DNA of 64,000 nucleotides from Deltaproteobacteria bacterium (GTDB lineage Bacteria; Desulfobacterota; Binatia; Binatales; Binataceae): NCBI GenBank assembly GCA_021831785.1, contig JAKBMB010000029.1, positions 87,065 to 151,064 of the forward strand, read 5' to 3'. Shown piece by piece: positions 60,211 to 64,000 of this stretch (position 1 is its first letter; each line of letters starts with the position of its first letter). The notes under the pieces were generated by a model. It saw only the letters and a program-made list of their open reading frames with translations, ran no database searches and was not told where the DNA came from. The position numbers and the translations under genes were made by a program.

Positions 60211-61422
60211 ATGGAGTTTCCTCGGATCAAGCGTCTTCCGCCTTATGTCTTCAATCAAATAGGCGATTTATGCCGAAAAGCGCGAAGGGCGGGCGAAGAC
60301 ATAATCGATTTCGGGATGGGAAATCCCGACCAGCCGACGCCTGCGCATATCGTCAACAAGCTGCTCGAAACGGCGCCCAAATCCGCCAACCATCGCTACT
60401 CGGTTTCCCGCGGCGTGTACAAGCTTCGGTTAGCGATCGTCGAGTGGTATCGGCGGCGCTACGGCGTTGAGCTTGACCCCGACACCGAGGCGATCGTCAC
60501 TATCGGCTCCAAGGAGGGCATCGCCCACATGGCGCTGGCGATTCTCCAGCCCGGCGACCTGGTGCTGGCGCCGACGCCGACCTATCCCATTCATCAATAT
60601 GCTTGCGTCATCGCCGGCGCCGACGTTCACGGCGTGCCGCTGCGCAGCGGAGACGAGTTCTTCGACTCGCTGACTCATGTGATGGCGCGATGCTGGCCGC
60701 GGCCGAAGTTCATGGTCATAAGTTTTCCCCATAATCCCACCACCGCGGTCGTGGACTTGGAGTTCATGCAGCGGGTGGCGGATTTCGCGCGCGAGAATGA
60801 AATTCTGGTGGCGCATGATTTTGCTTACGCCGATTTGTGCTTTGACGGCTATCAGGCGCCGTCGTTCCTTCAGGCGCGGGGCGCGAAAGCGATGGGCGTT
60901 GAGTTTTTCACGCTCTCGAAGAGCTATCACATGCCCGGCTGGAGAGTGGGGTTCGCGGTGGGAAACCGCGAGATGATCGGCGCGCTGGCGCGTCTTAAGT
61001 CGTACCTTGACTACGGCATCTTTACACCCCTCCAGGTGGCCGCGATCCATGCGCTCAACGGGCCGCAGAAGTGCGTCGCAGAGATGCGGGAGATGTATCG
61101 GAGCCGGCGCGACGCTCTGGTCGACGGGCTTAACCGCTGCGGATGGCCGACGCCCAAGCCGCGCGCGACAATGTTCGTGTGGGCGCCGATTCCCGAGCCT
61201 TTTCGCGCGATGGGCTCAATCGAGTTCTCCAAGCTTTTGCTTCGCGAGGCCAAAGTCGCGGCGTCACCCGGGATCGGTTTCGGCGCGGACGGCGAAGGGT
61301 TCGTGCGTTTTTCACTGATCGAAAACGAGCATCGGATTCGCCAGGCGCTGCGCGGGGTGCGCAACATGATGCGGCAGGTCGAGGCTAATGGCGCCAGAGG
61401 TTCGGCCCCGCTCGGGGCGTAG
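60211..61422 (+). CDS. Class I/II PLP-dependent aminotransferase (AlaA/AlaC-like)
   Basis: [16 protein letters not shown]...[15 protein letters not shown], the PLP-Lys region ([12 protein letters not shown]), 403 aa. RBS gagggg. Confidence 0.75.
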   Translation: MEFPRIKRLPPYVFNQIGDLCRKARRAGEDIIDFGMGNPDQPTPAHIVNKLLETAPKSANHRYSVSRGVYKLRLAIVEWYRRRYGVELDPDTEAIVTIGSKEGIAHMALAILQPGDLVLAPTPTYPIHQYACVIAGADVHGVPLRSGDEFFDSLTHVMARCWPRPKFMVISFPHNPTTAVVDLEFMQRVADFARENEILVAHDFAYADLCFDGYQAPSFLQARGAKAMGVEFFTLSKSYHMPGWRVGFAVGNREMIGALARLKSYLDYGIFTPLQVAAIHALNGPQKCVAEMREMYRSRRDALVDGLNRCGWPTPKPRATMFVWAPIPEPFRAMGSIEFSKLLLREAKVAASPGIGFGADGEGFVRFSLIENEHRIRQALRGVRNMMRQVEANGARGSAPLGA

Positions 61423-61713
61423 CGCGCGGGTCTGCAGCGTGGTTGGGGGCGGCCAATGCTGCGCGTGGCCTGGTGGCGAGCGGTGGGTGGAACCGGTCTA
61501 TGAGTTCGCGCGGCGATGGCCGAGCACGCCGGCGCGCCATCTCGGGCTTTTAGGTCGCGGCTGATGCCCGCGCCTGGGATCACCAACGCAGCGACCTATC
61601 TCTTGGCGCCGAAGCTCGCGGCGCTTGCTGCGCGCCACGGGACGCTCGCCTTGCCGTAGGCGGTCGTCGGCGCCATTTGACCGGCATCCGGTCCGGCGCT
61701 TCAACACCCCGCG

Positions 61714-63084
61714 ATGGCAGCGAGTCAAGACCGCGCGATGGCGCTAGAGGCAAGAGCGGAAGCTTCGGACCGCCGGCGCGAGCCGGTGCGAGTAGGGTTG
61801 CTCGGCTGCGGCACCGTCGGCACCGGCGTGGTGAAGCTGCTGCGCCACAACGCCGAGATGCTCGCGCGCAAGCTGGGAACGCGGCTTGAGCTGGTGGCGG
61901 TCGCCGACCGCAGCCTCAAGCCTCAGCCGTCGCTCGGATTAAGCCGCGCGCTTATCATGCGGGACCCGCTGGAGCTGGCGGCGCGCGCCGACGTGGATAT
62001 CGTCGTCGAGTTGCTCGGCGGGCGCGACCCGGCGCGCAGCGCTATACTCATCGCGCTGGAAAACGGCAAGGACGTGGTGACCGCCAACAAGGCCCTGCTC
62101 GCCGAGGACGGCGAGCAAATTTTCCGCGCCGCGGCCGAGCGCGGGCTGGCCGTCGGCTTCGAAGCCAGCGTCGGCGGCGGCGTGCCGATTATCCGCATCC
62201 TGCGCGAGGCCCTGGCGGCCGACCGCCAGCGGGCGGTTTACGGCATCGTCAACGGCACCTGCAACTATATTCTCACCCGCATGAGCGAACAGGGCAGTGA
62301 ATTTTCGGCCGTACTCAAGCAGGCGCAGTGCAGCGGCTTGGCCGAGGCCGACCCGACCCTGGATATCGACGGCCATGATGCGGCGCACAAGCTTTGCCTT
62401 CTAGTTACGCTTGCCTTCGGCGTGATGCTCAAGCCGGACCAGGTCTATACCGAGGGCATCAGTAAGATAGAGCCTCTGGATGTCGCCTGCGCCACGGAGC
62501 TTGGCTTCGCGCTCAAGCTGCTGGCGATTGCCAAAGACGACGACGGAGCGATCGAAGCCCGCGTGCATCCCACGATGACCCCGCTGAGCCATCTCTTGTC
62601 CGGCGTCCGGGACGCCTTCAACGCGATCTATATTCAGAGCGAGGCGCTGGGCTCGAGCATGTACTTCGGGCTCGGTGCCGGCCAGATGCCCACGGCGAGC
62701 GCGGTAGCGGCCGATATTCTCGAGAGCGCGCGCCGGCGGCTTTGCGGCGGACGATGGGCGGCCAATCCGCTCGGCTACCCGATGCAAAGCATTCGTCCGG
62801 CGCGGGTCAAATCGATGGATGATGTGGTGTGCGAATATTACCTGCGCTTTATGGCGGCCGACAGGCCCGGGGTCCTGGGCGCGATCGCTTCGGTCCTGGG
62901 CCGCTGCGGCATCTCGCTGGCCTCGGTTATCCAGCGCGAACGCGGTGGCGCAGCCGCGGTGCCGGTTATAATGAGAACCCACGAGGCCCGCGAAAGGGAC
63001 CTCAAGCTGGCGCTGGGCGAGATTCAAAAGTTAAGCGTGGTCAAGGCGCGCCCGGTGTTTATCAGAATCGAGGAGCATCTCTAG
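61714..63084 (+). CDS. hom: Homoserine dehydrogenase with C-terminal ACT domain
   Basis: [21 protein letters not shown]-binding region, the catalytic domain ([18 protein letters not shown]) and an ACT tail. Confidence 0.85.
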   Translation: MAASQDRAMALEARAEASDRRREPVRVGLLGCGTVGTGVVKLLRHNAEMLARKLGTRLELVAVADRSLKPQPSLGLSRALIMRDPLELAARADVDIVVELLGGRDPARSAILIALENGKDVVTANKALLAEDGEQIFRAAAERGLAVGFEASVGGGVPIIRILREALAADRQRAVYGIVNGTCNYILTRMSEQGSEFSAVLKQAQCSGLAEADPTLDIDGHDAAHKLCLLVTLAFGVMLKPDQVYTEGISKIEPLDVACATELGFALKLLAIAKDDDGAIEARVHPTMTPLSHLLSGVRDAFNAIYIQSEALGSSMYFGLGAGQMPTASAVAADILESARRRLCGGRWAANPLGYPMQSIRPARVKSMDDVVCEYYLRFMAADRPGVLGAIASVLGRCGISLASVIQRERGGAAAVPVIMRTHEARERDLKLALGEIQKLSVVKARPVFIRIEEHL

Positions 63085-63085
63085 G

Positions 63086-64000
63086 ATGACGAGCCAGGAC
63101 AAGCAAGCTTCGCGCGCGCGCCTCGAGCGCTGGCCCGGGCTCATCGAGCATTACCGCAGCTTCCTGCCTGTTGAACCGACGGCGAAGGTGGTCACGCTAT
63201 GTGAGGGCAACACCCCGCTGGTCGAGAGTCCGTTGCTCGCCGAGCGGCTTGGCCGCGGCATAAAGCTGTATCTTAAGTGCGAGGGCGCCAATCCGACGGC
63301 TTCGTTCAAGGATCGCGGAATGACCGTCGCGCTGACCAAGGCGCTCGATGAGGGCGCGCGCGCGGTGATTTGCGCCTCCACCGGCAACACCGCGGCTTCG
63401 GCCGCGGCCTATGCCGCGCGGGCGGGACTTAAGGCCTTCGTGCTGGTGCCCAAGGGAGCGATCGCGCTGGGCAAACTCTCGCAGAGCGTGATGCACGGGG
63501 CGCGCGTGGTCGAGGTCATCGGCAACTTCGACATCTGTCTTAAAATGGTGCGCGATCTGGTCGAGCGCGATCCGGTCAAGATTCGTCTGGTCAACAGTAT
63601 CAATCCCGACCGTATCGCCGGGCAAAAGACCGCCGCCTTCGAGGTTTGCGACCAGCTCACCACCGCGCCGAACTATCATTTTTTGCCGGTCGGCAACGCC
63701 GGTAACATTACCGCGTACTGGGCCGGCTACAAAGAATATCGCGCACGCGGATTGATCGACCGGTTGCCCAGGATGATGGGCTATCAGGCCGCGCAAGCCG
63801 CCCCGATCGTGCTCGGCAGACCGATCGACGACCCGCGCACCGTGGCGACCGCGATTCGCATCGGCAATCCCGCCAGTTGGACCCAGGCCGTGCAAGTGCG
63901 CGAGGAATCCGAGGGAACGATTGACATCGTCACCGATGCGGCGATTCTCGCCGCTTATCGGCTGATCGCCCTCCACGGCATCTTCGTCGAGCCCGCCTCG
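63086..64000 (+). CDS. thrC: Threonine synthase (5' portion; continues past window end)
   Basis: Open frame from the ATG at 63086 to the window end. PLP-lysine motif TASFKDRG and [12 protein letters not shown]. hom-thrC synteny. Confidence 0.85.
   Translation, partial: MTSQDKQASRARLERWPGLIEHYRSFLPVEPTAKVVTLCEGNTPLVESPLLAERLGRGIKLYLKCEGANPTASFKDRGMTVALTKALDEGARAVICASTGNTAASAAAYAARAGLKAFVLVPKGAIALGKLSQSVMHGARVVEVIGNFDICLKMVRDLVERDPVKIRLVNSINPDRIAGQKTAAFEVCDQLTTAPNYHFLPVGNAGNITAYWAGYKEYRARGLIDRLPRMMGYQAAQAAPIVLGRPIDDPRTVATAIRIGNPASWTQAVQVREESEGTIDIVTDAAILAAYRLIALHGIFVEPAS

Noticed and set aside
1-64000. CRISPR arrays, rRNA/tRNA genes, transposases/integrases, prophage or defence-island hallmarks
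   Set aside because: None seen. There are no regularly spaced identical repeats with unique spacers, no rRNA-like conserved blocks and no recombinase ORFs. The window is core-genome-like throughout.

Overview
This window is a 64-kb chromosomal segment from a high-GC (about 65-68%), gene-dense Gram-negative bacterium. I found no rRNA, tRNA, CRISPR array, transposase or integrase. The content is core-genome rather than an obvious mobile island.

Genes from left to right:
- Outer-membrane biogenesis cluster (reverse strand): msbA (5' fragment), lpxB, a Gfo/Idh/MocA oxidoreductase, lpxI, lpxA, skp, bamA, lolD, lolC/E.
- Divergent from lolCE: a GspD-type secretin with no T2SS or pilus partner genes in the window. 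It carries two long glycine-rich insertions, one a GGM repeat resembling the GroEL C-terminal tail and one a GYGG repeat. This is the main candidate for the 'undescribed' element.
- An LpxL/HtrB-family late acyltransferase, followed by a 750-bp intergenic region containing an approximately 280-bp nested imperfect palindrome and an ATGACCAAG direct-repeat array.
- DUF971 gene and moaA, with a possible Moco riboswitch upstream of moaA.
- rpmB, mutL, miaA, accA, pheA, an hisC-like aminotransferase, tyrA, cmk, rpsA, ihfB, a HIT-family gene.
- A ChlI-like AAA+ ATPase paired with a VWA/MIDAS protein.
- pckG, two alpha/beta hydrolases, two amidases, a nucleotidyltransferase.
- A 1.3-kb gene-free stretch.
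- A CBS-domain protein, a LarA-like protein, gpsA, DUF1054 and DUF1573 proteins.
- accC, accB, aroQ.
- A heme cluster: sirC, a hemX/ccsA-like gene, hemA, hemC, a cobA-hemD fusion, hemB.
- A PAS-HisKA-REC protein lacking the ATPase domain, mscS, an AlaA-like aminotransferase, hom, and the start of thrC.

All calls rest on reading the supplied translations and the DNA. No database searches were run.
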